NCBI GenBank assembly: GCA_964636105.1
Contig: CAZWRD010000004.1
Location: 1-52,467, forward strand
Direction of reading: 5' to 3'
DNA length: 52,467 nucleotides
Source of the DNA: an uncultured Bacteroides sp.
Lineage (GTDB): Bacteria; Bacteroidota; Bacteroidia; Bacteroidales; JACABE01
Shown here: in pieces, positions 32,288-41,613 of the stretch
Layout of the letters: each line of letters starts with the position of its first letter
Numbering within the stretch: the first letter of the stretch is position 1
Made by a program: the position numbers and the translations under genes
The notes under the pieces: generated by a model
Told to the model about the DNA's origin: nothing
What the model saw: only the letters and a program-made list of their open reading frames with translations
Database searches by the model: none

Positions 32288-34696
32288 ATGATCAAAAAGC
32301 AAAATATAATCAAAAAACTTCATACAATCAATTCGAATATTGATTTTATTGAATTCAGAGAAAGTCATTTGAAGCTTGCTTTTACCATTATCACATTTAT
32401 AGGTTTATTTATTGTTGCCAGCTGGCATTTTATTGATCATTCTATTGATATTCAGAATAAAAAACCAGTATTTTTTTTAAGATTGAGTTGCATATTCTTT
32501 TATCTGGCGAGTTTAACATTTTCATACTTTCATAAAAATCGAAAATATTTAAAAGCCCAATTAATTATAGGGTTTTATATATCTGTTTTTTATTCTGCAA
32601 TTTTATCTAACCTAACTGGCGGTTTATTAAGCCCATACTGGTTTGGAATGAATTTTATAATTATAGCTTGGCTTTTGTTTGTCCCTTTTGGTTTTTTAGA
32701 ACTACTAATCAATTCTATAATCTTTATCATAATTTATTCAAGTATAACTTTAATTGGTTCGTATGGTAATATTGATTGGGCAATATTTACAAAATATAAC
32801 TTTATATATATAGAAACATTTTTAATGGGAGGTGGCATCGCTTTTATCAACAATAAACGATTGGCTTCAATCTATGAAAATGAGCAAATTATTAAGGAAA
32901 GTGAAATAAAATACAAAAATCTGATTAATAAAGCTACTGATGGAATTATTATAACTCAAAAAGGGAAATTTGTATTGGTAAATCCAGCATTTTGCGAAAT
33001 GAGTGGATATTCAGAAAATGAATTAATTGGAATGGGTTTTCTTGATATGGTTAGCGATGAAGACCGAAATTTTATGATTGATATTCATTCAAGAAGAATG
33101 AAAGGCGAAAATTTTCCATTAATTTATAATGCAAAAGGAATTAGAAAAGATAAAAGTACTCTTTATATGGAACTTAATAGTACCAGTATATCTTATAATA
33201 AAGAACCTGCTGCTTTTGTTATATTAAGAGATCAATCGCTAAAAATACAAGCAGAACAGGCTATACGTGAGAGTGAAGAAAAATACAAAGCATTGGTAGA
33301 AAAAGCAAATGATGGCATCGTAATTCTTCAGGATGGTTATGTTAGATTTATTAATCAAATGATGGCAAAAATACTTGGATATGATGCTGAAAAAATGATA
33401 GATACCCCATTTATAAATTATTTGGCCGATACCGAAAAAGAAAAAATACTACATTATTATACTCAAAGACAAGATGGAATAGAAGTTCCAGCAATTTATG
33501 AGACATTATTAGTTGATAAATGGGGGAAAAACAAAGCAGTTGAATTTAATAATAGCATAATTAATTTTAATGGAAAAATTGCTACTCAAACTTACATCAG
33601 AGATATTTCGGAAAGAAAAAAAGCTGAATTGCTTTTAAAAGAAAGCGAAGAAAAATTCAGGTCACTTACTTCAAGTGCAATGGATGCAATATTAATGATT
33701 AATTATTTAGGTCAAATTACTTATTGGAACGAAGCTTCAGAACGAATTTTTGGCTACAAAGCTGAAGAAGTATTATATAAAGATCTCCATGATACAATTA
33801 CGCCCAAAAGATTAATTGCAGAATATCGAGAAAAAATGATGAAATATGCTCTTAATGAAATAATACTACCAAAACAAAAAACGCTGGAACTTATTGCTAT
33901 TAGAAAAGATGGAACTGAATTTTTTTATGAGTTATCACTTTCTTCTTTTACTATAAAGGAAAAATGGAATGGAGTTGGCATTTTAAGAGATATTACAAAC
34001 AGATTAAAAACAGAAGAAGAATTGCGTAAATCAAAAGAAATTCTTCAAAATATCAATTTGGATTTGGAACAAAAAATTGAAGAAAGAACTATACAACTAA
34101 CCAGCACAAAAACTCAATTATTAAAATTACAAAAAGAAAATCTCCAATCACAATTTGAAATGCTTAAAAATCAAGTAAATCCACATTTCTTGTTTAACAG
34201 TCTGAATGTATTGGTTTCACTTATTAAATTAGAACCAGACACAGCTGAAAGGTTTACCGAACAACTTTCAAAGGTTTATCGTTATGTATTGGAAAACAAA
34301 GAGAAAGACCTTGTTAATCTTGAAACTGAAATGGATTTTTTGAAAGCATATGTTTTTTTACTTGAAATTCGTTTTATGGATAAATTAAAAATATCAATAA
34401 ATATTCCTGAAGAAAAACTTCCAATGCAAATTCCTCCAATTGCACTTCAATTATTGATTGAGAATGCAATAAAGCACAATACTTTCTCAAAGAAAAGTCC
34501 ATTAATTATAGATATTTTTACGGATGAAAATAATTATTTGCACGTTATCAATAATTTGCAAATCAGAGAGAACAGAATTGAATCTACAGGAATTGGATTA
34601 AAAAATATTGAAACCCGTTATGGATATTTAACTGATAAAAAATTAAGTTACGGAGTTATAAATGAGAAATTTATTGCAAAAATACCATTATTATAA
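32288..34696 (+). CDS. membrane-bound PAS-domain sensor histidine kinase, LytS/YehU type (His_kinase + HATPase_c)
   Basis: The N-terminal ~190 aa are strongly hydrophobic (multiple TM helices). There are four PAS-like repeats, separated by three copies of 'ESE(E/I)KY/F(K/R)' at aa ~204, ~329 and ~452, the last PAS ending in 'RDITNR'. The LytS-type H-box 'QVNPHFLFNSLN' and 'LLIENAIKHN' are present. Confidence 0.87.
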   Translation: MIKKQNIIKKLHTINSNIDFIEFRESHLKLAFTIITFIGLFIVASWHFIDHSIDIQNKKPVFFLRLSCIFFYLASLTFSYFHKNRKYLKAQLIIGFYISVFYSAILSNLTGGLLSPYWFGMNFIIIAWLLFVPFGFLELLINSIIFIIIYSSITLIGSYGNIDWAIFTKYNFIYIETFLMGGGIAFINNKRLASIYENEQIIKESEIKYKNLINKATDGIIITQKGKFVLVNPAFCEMSGYSENELIGMGFLDMVSDEDRNFMIDIHSRRMKGENFPLIYNAKGIRKDKSTLYMELNSTSISYNKEPAAFVILRDQSLKIQAEQAIRESEEKYKALVEKANDGIVILQDGYVRFINQMMAKILGYDAEKMIDTPFINYLADTEKEKILHYYTQRQDGIEVPAIYETLLVDKWGKNKAVEFNNSIINFNGKIATQTYIRDISERKKAELLLKESEEKFRSLTSSAMDAILMINYLGQITYWNEASERIFGYKAEEVLYKDLHDTITPKRLIAEYREKMMKYALNEIILPKQKTLELIAIRKDGTEFFYELSLSSFTIKEKWNGVGILRDITNRLKTEEELRKSKEILQNINLDLEQKIEERTIQLTSTKTQLLKLQKENLQSQFEMLKNQVNPHFLFNSLNVLVSLIKLEPDTAERFTEQLSKVYRYVLENKEKDLVNLETEMDFLKAYVFLLEIRFMDKLKISINIPEEKLPMQIPPIALQLLIENAIKHNTFSKKSPLIIDIFTDENNYLHVINNLQIRENRIESTGIGLKNIETRYGYLTDKKLSYGVINEKFIAKIPLL

Positions 34697-34708
34697 AAAA
34701 ATGATTTT

Positions 34709-35470
34709 ATGAATATTATAATTTTAGAAGATGAGGAATTGGCTGCACGCCGTCTAGAAAGCATGATTAAACAATTTGATGAAAAAATCAATGTTTTGGC
34801 AAAAATTGAATCGGTTGAAGAAGCTATAAAATGGTTTAAGGCAAATCCTGAACCTGATTTGATATTTCTTGATATTCATCTTGAAGACGATTTGAGCTTT
34901 GCTATTTTTGATAAAGTTGATGTAAAATCACCTATTATTTTCACAACAGCTTTCGATGAATATGCAATCAAAGCTTTTAAATTGAAGAGTATTGATTATT
35001 TATTAAAACCAATTTCGCAGGAAAATTTAAATAAAGCTATCGAAAAATATCAAGATTGGAACAATTCAAATTCATCATCCACCATAGATATGCAATCGCT
35101 ATTTAATTTGATAAACACAAAAGTTCCTACTTACAAAAATAGGTTTTCAATTACCATTGGTACCAAAATTAAAACATTTGAAATCAGTGAAATTGCTTAT
35201 TTTTATTCTCAATCAAGTATTACTTTTTTGGTGAGTAATGATAATATGGAATATCCCATTGATTATAGTCTTGATCAACTTTGTACTTTGCTAAATCCTC
35301 AGGATTTTTTCAGAATTAACCGACAGTATATGATTAAAATGAAATCAATTGCAAATGTGCATGTTTTTCCAAAAAGTCGCTTAAAATTAGATTTAACACC
35401 TAATCGTAACGAAGAAATTTTTGTAAGTATTGATAAAGTTACGAAATTTAAAGAATGGCTAAATAATTAA
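34709..35470 (+). CDS. LytR/AlgR family response regulator (REC + LytTR DNA-binding domain)
   Basis: REC 'IIILEDEELAARRL', 'IFLDIHLED' and 'YLLKP'. The C-terminal LytTR segment is 'FFRINRQYMI....I'. Confidence 0.9.
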   Translation: MNIIILEDEELAARRLESMIKQFDEKINVLAKIESVEEAIKWFKANPEPDLIFLDIHLEDDLSFAIFDKVDVKSPIIFTTAFDEYAIKAFKLKSIDYLLKPISQENLNKAIEKYQDWNNSNSSSTIDMQSLFNLINTKVPTYKNRFSITIGTKIKTFEISEIAYFYSQSSITFLVSNDNMEYPIDYSLDQLCTLLNPQDFFRINRQYMIKMKSIANVHVFPKSRLKLDLTPNRNEEIFVSIDKVTKFKEWLNN

Positions 35471-35479
35471 TATAAGATT

Positions 35480-36136
35480 CTAATTTCCAGCTATTTTTTC
35501 AATTTCATCCGATTCAAATACTTTTATACCTGAAAAATTGGTTTTGGCTGCTTTTATCATTGCCAATGCTACAGTTTTTGCATGAATAGCTTTGTATTTT
35601 CTAAATTTACCAAAAAATAAAAAACTTAAAATCTGCATAATATATTTTCCAATGATTTCACCAAATCTAAATTCATTTCTATTTCCCAAAAGCATAGATG
35701 GTCTCATAAGAATAATTGAAAGTATATTTAATTGAGAAACTGCAAATTCCATTTCACCCTTGGTTTTCAAATAGAAATTTTTTGATTCTTTTTCTGCTCC
35801 AAGTGATGATATAATTATCAACTTTTTTATTTTTGATTTTTCTGAAAGCATTGCAATATCTATAGGAATATTAAAATCAACTTTTCGAAAAGCTTCTTTT
35901 GTTTTTGCTTTCTTGATTGTAGTTCCTACACAACAAAAAACAACGTCAGCCTCGATTTTATCAATTTCGGAGATTTTATTAAAATCAATAATTCGTGTAT
36001 TTATTTTATTGCTATTATTTCCATTGGTGTATTTTCTAACCCATAACTCTATCTTATCGAAATAGTTATCGTTTTCAAGAATGTTTAATAATTCATTGCC
36101 AATTAAGCCCGTTGACCCAATAATTAGTGCTTTCAT
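35480..36136 (-). CDS. NAD(P)H-binding (atypical SDR/NmrA-like) protein
   Basis: N-terminal Rossmann motif 'KALIIGSTGLIGNELL'. About 215 aa. It lies 10 nt downstream of mnmE on the same strand. Confidence 0.7.
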   Translation of the reverse strand: MKALIIGSTGLIGNELLNILENDNYFDKIELWVRKYTNGNNSNKINTRIIDFNKISEIDKIEADVVFCCVGTTIKKAKTKEAFRKVDFNIPIDIAMLSEKSKIKKLIIISSLGAEKESKNFYLKTKGEMEFAVSQLNILSIILMRPSMLLGNRNEFRFGEIIGKYIMQILSFLFFGKFRKYKAIHAKTVALAMIKAAKTNFSGIKVFESDEIEKIAGN

Positions 36137-36146
36137 AGATTAGATA

Positions 36147-37529
36147 TTACTTTCCTATACAGAAATTAGCAAATATATTCCCAAGTATCTCATCATTAGT
36201 TACTTCACCTGTTATTTCTCCCAAATGTAGCAATGCTGTTTTCAAATCAATTGCAATCAAATCACCAGGAATACCTGTATTAATTCCTTCTTCTATTTGA
36301 TTAATTGAATCTAAAGTTTTAGTAAGTGCTTCATAATGACGTATATTAGAAATAACTGTATTATCAGAATCCAAATTTGTTGTTACAGATTTTAATAAGG
36401 TTTCTGTAATTAAATTAATGTTTTCCTTGCGTTTAGCTGAAATAAAAATAACTTCAAATGATAATAAGTTTCTAAAATGTTGTGGGGTTTGATATAGTAA
36501 ATCAGTTTTATTAGCAATAATAATTATTTTTTTATCTTTATTTTCTATATGTTGTTTAAATTCAGACAAATCTATTAAAATATCTTCAACACTTGTTTCG
36601 AAAATATCTACTACATATAAAATAATACTTGCTTGATTTAGTTTTTGATAAGTACGTTCAATTCCAATATTTTCAATCTCATCATCAGATACTCTTAAGC
36701 CTGCAGTATCAATAAATCGAAAAGTAATGCCATTTATATTTAGTGTGTCTTCAATTGTATCACGAGTAGTTCCAGGTATTTCAGATACAATAGCCTTTTC
36801 TTCATTTAATAAAGAATTTAACAAAGTAGATTTTCCAACATTTGGTTTACCAATAATTGCAACAGGAATACCATGTTTTAAAACATTACCCATTGCAAAT
36901 GAATTGATTAATTTAAGAATTTCTGTTTTAAGTTTTGATAATAATTCATTTAGAGCATCTCTGTCAGCAAATTCAACATCTTCTTCACTAAAATCCAATT
37001 CTAATTCAATTAAAGATGCAAAGTTTATCAATTCTTTTCTCAAATCTTTGATAATGCTAGAAAAACCACCACGCATTTGAGATAAAGCCAATGCATGAGA
37101 GGTTTGCGAATTTGATGAAATTAGATCAGCAACAGCCTCAGCTTGAGACAAATCTAATTTCCCATTCAAAAAAGCCCTCATAGTAAATTCACCATGTTTA
37201 GCTGGTCTTGCTCCTTTATTTATTAGCAATTCTAATATTTTCTGAATAATATACACCGAACCATGACAAGAAATTTCAACAGAATTTTCGCCTGTGTATG
37301 AATGTGGAGCTTTAAAAATACTTACCAATACTTCATCAATAATATTATTATCATTCTGAATATTACCAAAATAAATTCGATGACTCTTAAAATCTGTAAA
37401 ATTTTTATTTTTACTAACAAAAACTTTTTTACAGATTTCAATTGCATTTTCTCCTGACATTCTGATTATTGAAATAGCTGCTGTTCCGCTTGCTGTTGCC
37501 GGAGCACAAATAGTATCATTAATATACAT
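36147..37529 (-). CDS. mnmE: tRNA modification GTPase MnmE (TrmE)
   Basis: 'DTICAPATASG.AAISIIRMSG', G-domain 'GKPNVGKSTLLN', 'DTAGLR' and 'NKTDL', and the C-terminal 'FCIGK'. Confidence 0.93.
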   Translation of the reverse strand: MYINDTICAPATASGTAAISIIRMSGENAIEICKKVFVSKNKNFTDFKSHRIYFGNIQNDNNIIDEVLVSIFKAPHSYTGENSVEISCHGSVYIIQKILELLINKGARPAKHGEFTMRAFLNGKLDLSQAEAVADLISSNSQTSHALALSQMRGGFSSIIKDLRKELINFASLIELELDFSEEDVEFADRDALNELLSKLKTEILKLINSFAMGNVLKHGIPVAIIGKPNVGKSTLLNSLLNEEKAIVSEIPGTTRDTIEDTLNINGITFRFIDTAGLRVSDDEIENIGIERTYQKLNQASIILYVVDIFETSVEDILIDLSEFKQHIENKDKKIIIIANKTDLLYQTPQHFRNLLSFEVIFISAKRKENINLITETLLKSVTTNLDSDNTVISNIRHYEALTKTLDSINQIEEGINTGIPGDLIAIDLKTALLHLGEITGEVTNDEILGNIFANFCIGK

Positions 37530-37543
37530 GGCATTTTTTTTTA

Positions 37544-37551
37544 CAAAATTA
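37544..37551 (-). promoter_or_regulatory. -7 promoter box (TAATTTTG on minus strand) for mnmE
   Basis: Plus-strand caaaatta, 15 nt upstream of the ATG at 37529. Confidence 0.4.
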
Positions 37552-37604
37552 GATTAAAATTTATTATTTTTATCAATTATATACTCTATCATATTTAAAT
37601 TTAC

Positions 37605-37612
37605 TAATTTTG
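37605..37612 (+). promoter_or_regulatory. -7 promoter box (TAATTTTG) for the divergent lipoprotein gene
   Basis: It lies 18 nt upstream of the ATG at 37630. Confidence 0.4.
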
Positions 37613-37629
37613 ACACAAATTATTCATTT

Positions 37630-38802
37630 ATGTTAAATTCAAAATATTACATTTTAGCTTACTTTGCATTAATTGTTTTTTTAACTTCTTGCAAAACAAA
37701 TTATAATGTTGTCAAAATTGACTTAAATAACAAACCTTCTACCAAAGATGGGTTTTATTACAATTTACCAAAAAACATTTTGAAAATTTCAATTGAAATT
37801 GAAAAACAAGAAAAAATCAAAGGTCCATATAGTGATTATGCTAAGCAATATTTTGGTCTAACAAATGTAATAACACAAAACACTCTAAGCTATAGTATTA
37901 AAAATGTTTTAATTGAAACAATTGCTGAAATTGATTCATCTCAGATTTATTTTGTTGAAACAAATAATTCAGATTTGAAACTAAGCTTTAATGAAATGGG
38001 TATGCTTACTGATGTAAATTGTAAAGAAATCAAGGATTTAAAAACCAATTTAAATACAGAAAGTGATATAAATCAAAAAGATGAAAGCAATAATTATCCT
38101 TTATTATTCCGAAAGTTTGCCGATTTAAATATGTACGAGAAAATTGATACTATTTATAAAAAGGTAAAATTAGATACATCTTTTATAATTGAAAAAACTT
38201 TTAAAACATCATTAGTAGAAAAACCTACAGATTTAAAAGTGAAAGAGATTGTTGACTATTTATCAAAAATAAAGGAAGCTAAATTTAATATTATAACTGG
38301 TGATGTTGATGCAACAGATAAGAAAAATCTAGAATTTATGTATTCTGAATTACAAAATCAGGAAGAACAATATTTTAAATTATTTACTGGTATAACAATA
38401 AATCAATCAAATATATACGTATTTTATAATATTCCAGAAAAAGATACAAATTATTTAATAACTAAAGCTGATATTTGCAAATTTTCAGCACTTAAAGGAA
38501 TTAATCCAGAAATAGAAGGACCAGATATAGAGAATATTTCAATTCAAATTGATTACAGAAAGAATTTAAGTAACTTATACAAATACAATACTTTAAAAAA
38601 TAAAAAAATAAAAAATAAACAAGGTTTTTTTTATAGGATTCCTGCCTTTGCAATTGTTTCTGTGTTAAAAGACAATGCATTATTATATTCAACTCAAAAA
38701 GCCATAGCTCAATCTGGACTTGTTTTGCCTTTGCCACAAAAGAATGTGTCAATTAAGTTTGATGAAAAAACAGGATCTATTATATTGATGAAAATCAATT
38801 AA
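37630..38802 (+). CDS. hypothetical lipoprotein (conserved Bacteroidetes-type, function unknown)
   Basis: Signal peptide with lipobox 'FLTSC'. Long ORF with coding-like composition. No catalytic motif recognised. Confidence 0.6.
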   Translation: MLNSKYYILAYFALIVFLTSCKTNYNVVKIDLNNKPSTKDGFYYNLPKNILKISIEIEKQEKIKGPYSDYAKQYFGLTNVITQNTLSYSIKNVLIETIAEIDSSQIYFVETNNSDLKLSFNEMGMLTDVNCKEIKDLKTNLNTESDINQKDESNNYPLLFRKFADLNMYEKIDTIYKKVKLDTSFIIEKTFKTSLVEKPTDLKVKEIVDYLSKIKEAKFNIITGDVDATDKKNLEFMYSELQNQEEQYFKLFTGITINQSNIYVFYNIPEKDTNYLITKADICKFSALKGINPEIEGPDIENISIQIDYRKNLSNLYKYNTLKNKKIKNKQGFFYRIPAFAIVSVLKDNALLYSTQKAIAQSGLVLPLPQKNVSIKFDEKTGSIILMKIN

Positions 38803-38960
38803 TTGCTTTTGCTTTCTCAAATTATTTGTTAAGGTCTCTTAATTTTTATTATTTTAATAGCCATTTTATTATTTAGATTGTTTATAAATAGTGATCAAGG
38901 TGTTTAACTTTTTTTATTTAACACTAATATCATATTATCAAACAATTATAATAAATAAAA

Positions 38961-39683
38961 ATGAAGAAAAATTTTATAAATCTAGTTCTTTTATTCGTTT
39001 TAGGAATTAGCACACAATTATTTAGTCAGAATTCAAATACAGATTTAACCAAAGCTCCTGATGAATTCAAATATAAAGATCAAATTTTCTATAAACTTCC
39101 TTATACCTATAACGCTTTAGAGCCATATATTGATAAAGAGACTGTTATGATTCATTATGATAGACATCATAAAGCATATTTTACAAAATATATAGATGCA
39201 TTTGAAGGAAAGCCGTTTGCAAAAATTGAAGAAATTTTAAATAATATTAGCAAATACTCAGATGTTGTTCGCAATAATACAGGAGGTTATTATAATCATA
39301 ATTTGTATTGGAGTATTATGAAACCAGGAGGAAGCACAACTCCAAAAGGTAAACTGGCAAACGAAATAGATAAAAAATTTGGTAGTTTTGAAAATTTAAA
39401 AAAACAAATTTCAGATGCTGCTTTATCTAAATTTGGAAGTGGTTGGGCATGGTTATTAATAAACTCAAATAATGAACTTATTATATCATCAACTAGTAAT
39501 CAGGACAATCCTTTAATGGATGTTGTTGCAGAAAAAGGATATCCAATTTTAGGTTTAGATGTTTGGGAACATGCTTATTATCTTAAATATCAAAACAAAA
39601 GAAAAGATTATATTGAAAATTTCTGGAAATTAGTAAATTGGGATGAAGTTGGTAAAATTTACGAACAACATATTCGTAAATAA
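38961..39683 (+). CDS. Fe/Mn superoxide dismutase with N-terminal signal peptide
   Basis: 'LPYTYNALEPYID...IHYDRHHKAY', 'GGYYNHNLYW', 'GSGWAWL' and 'DVWEHAYYLKYQNKR'. It is preceded by ~40 extra residues that start with the signal-like 'MKKNFINLVLLFVLGISTQLFSQ'. Confidence 0.9.
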   Translation: MKKNFINLVLLFVLGISTQLFSQNSNTDLTKAPDEFKYKDQIFYKLPYTYNALEPYIDKETVMIHYDRHHKAYFTKYIDAFEGKPFAKIEEILNNISKYSDVVRNNTGGYYNHNLYWSIMKPGGSTTPKGKLANEIDKKFGSFENLKKQISDAALSKFGSGWAWLLINSNNELIISSTSNQDNPLMDVVAEKGYPILGLDVWEHAYYLKYQNKRKDYIENFWKLVNWDEVGKIYEQHIRK

Positions 39684-39836
39684 ATGCATATTAGTATTTT
39701 ACCTAGTATTGAATATCATTAATTTGCGTTCTTAGTCTAATTCCTTTTTAGAATTTGAAGTAATTGATTACTTAAAACTTTTTTCAATAATAAATTTATA
39801 GATTCATAATAGCAAATAGATAGCTTATATGAGTTT

Positions 39837-39875
39837 AATGAGGTTGTTTTGAGGGTTGCTCATTACAACCTCATT
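39837..39875 (+). other. isolated 11-bp-stem hairpin in a long intergenic region (distal sod terminator or small RNA element)
   Basis: aatgaggttgt (39837-39847) / acaacctcatt (39865-39875) with a 17-nt loop, 154 nt after the sod stop. There is no clear T-run. Confidence 0.35.
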
Positions 39876-40147
39876 CTTATTATATAAATAACTGATAATT
39901 TAATAATAAAACTTAAACTTATTTCAGAATTGGATAAAGATTATTATTTATTTGAAGTTTTAAAGAAAATTAAAGAACACTAAAAAAATTGTAAATCATA
40001 GAAAATTAAATATTTACATATGCATTTGTTTTCAACAACTTATTAATTAATGTTAAATAAGAAAGAATATAAAATTTATTCTCGATTGTAATAAAAAACT
40101 TTTATAATTTTACTGATTCAAAAAACATTCTAAATACGCAATAGAAA

Positions 40148-40705
40148 GTGAATTTAATTGACAAAATCAAAGTATTTGCTGGCAAATATTATCTCAATCA
40201 ACACAAGAATAACATCATAAGAAATCGTAGAATTTCTAATTTGGATAATGCCAAAACAATAGGTATTGTTTATATTTTAGAAGATGAAGCGACTTATAAT
40301 CACATCACTCGATTTGTAAAATTACTTCAGGATAAGCAAATTACAGTAAAAGCAATAGGATATTTTGAAGGAAATATTCGCCCCATTTATGCCATCGAAA
40401 AACTTTCTCTTGATTTTTATGATAAAAAAGATTTGAATTGGTTTAATAAACCAAGTGGAAGTTATGTTAATGATTTTATGAAAATGGAATTTGATATATT
40501 GATAGATTTATCATTAGTTGATATTTTTCAAACAAAATACATATCAACTTTATCAAAATCAAAATTCAAAGTAGGTAAAGGAGGTGAATTTAATAAAGAA
40601 ATATTTGATTTAATGATTGATATAAATAGCAAAACATCATTAGATGAATTTATTACATTGATTATACATTATTTGAGCATTATAAATAAAAAAATAAATG
40701 AATAA
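40148..40705 (+). CDS. hypothetical protein, translationally coupled to dapA
   Basis: GTG start. The ORF overlaps the dapA start by 8 nt (ATGAATAA). No motif recognised. Confidence 0.6.
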   Translation: MNLIDKIKVFAGKYYLNQHKNNIIRNRRISNLDNAKTIGIVYILEDEATYNHITRFVKLLQDKQITVKAIGYFEGNIRPIYAIEKLSLDFYDKKDLNWFNKPSGSYVNDFMKMEFDILIDLSLVDIFQTKYISTLSKSKFKVGKGGEFNKEIFDLMIDINSKTSLDEFITLIIHYLSIINKKINE

Positions 40706-41582
40706 GAAATTTAAGGGAACTGGAGTCGCAATTATTACTCCATTTCACAAACATGGTACTGTTGATTTTACATCATTGGGAAAACTAATTGACCACATTA
40801 TTGTAAATGGTGTAAATTATATTGTTGCATTAGGAACAACAGGAGAAACTGCTACACTTACAGAAAAAGAAAAAATTGCTGTCACTGAGTTTATTATTGA
40901 AGCTGCTGACAAAAGAGTTCCGATTGTGTTAGGGATTGGTGGAAATAATACTCAAAAACTTATAGAACAAGTTAAAGAAACTAATTTTGAGGGAATTGAT
41001 GCTATTCTCTCAGTATCACCATATTATAACAAACCACAGCAAAAGGGCTTATTTTATCATTTTAAGAGCATTGCTGATGTTTCACCAGTTCCTATGATTA
41101 TTTATAATGTTCCGGGCAGAACAGGTGTTAATATTACTGCTGAAACTACTCTCAAATTGGCAAATGAGGTTGAAACAATCATCGGAATTAAAGAAGCTTC
41201 AGGTAATTTGATGCAGATTATGCAAATAATTAAAGATAAACCTAAAGATTTTATGGTTATTTCTGGTGATGATGCATTAACAATGCCTAGTATTTGTGCT
41301 GGTGCTGATGGCGTTATCTCGGTAGTTGCAAACGCATTCCCAAAAGAATTTTCAGAAATGGTTCAATTTGCTTTAGATGGAAAAATACAAAAAGCAAAAG
41401 AATTGCATTATAAGTTATATGACTTTGGAAATGCCATATTTGAGGATGGAAGTCCTGCAGGAATAAAAGCTGCTTTAGATTATTTAGAACTCTGTCAAAA
41501 CAACTTACGATTGCCATTGGTTAAAGTAAATAAACAAACACTACAAAATATTCTTAATAAGATTAAAGAAATTACAAATTAA
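40698..41582 (+). CDS. dapA: 4-hydroxy-tetrahydrodipicolinate synthase
   Basis: 'GTGVAIITPF', 'LGTTGE..TL', 'YYNKP', 'IYNVPGRTG' and the Schiff-base Lys in 'IGIKEASG'. Confidence 0.93.
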   Translation: MNKKFKGTGVAIITPFHKHGTVDFTSLGKLIDHIIVNGVNYIVALGTTGETATLTEKEKIAVTEFIIEAADKRVPIVLGIGGNNTQKLIEQVKETNFEGIDAILSVSPYYNKPQQKGLFYHFKSIADVSPVPMIIYNVPGRTGVNITAETTLKLANEVETIIGIKEASGNLMQIMQIIKDKPKDFMVISGDDALTMPSICAGADGVISVVANAFPKEFSEMVQFALDGKIQKAKELHYKLYDFGNAIFEDGSPAGIKAALDYLELCQNNLRLPLVKVNKQTLQNILNKIKEITN

Positions 41583-41588
41583 TACTTC

Positions 41589-41613
41589 AGGCTTACATTT
41601 GTAAGCCTTTTTT
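41589..41613 (+). terminator. rho-independent terminator of dapA, directly abutting the next start codon
   Basis: Stem aggcttac (41589-41596) / gtaagcct (41601-41608), 4-nt loop, T6 at 41608-41613. The ATG of the nuclease gene is at 41614. Confidence 0.65.
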
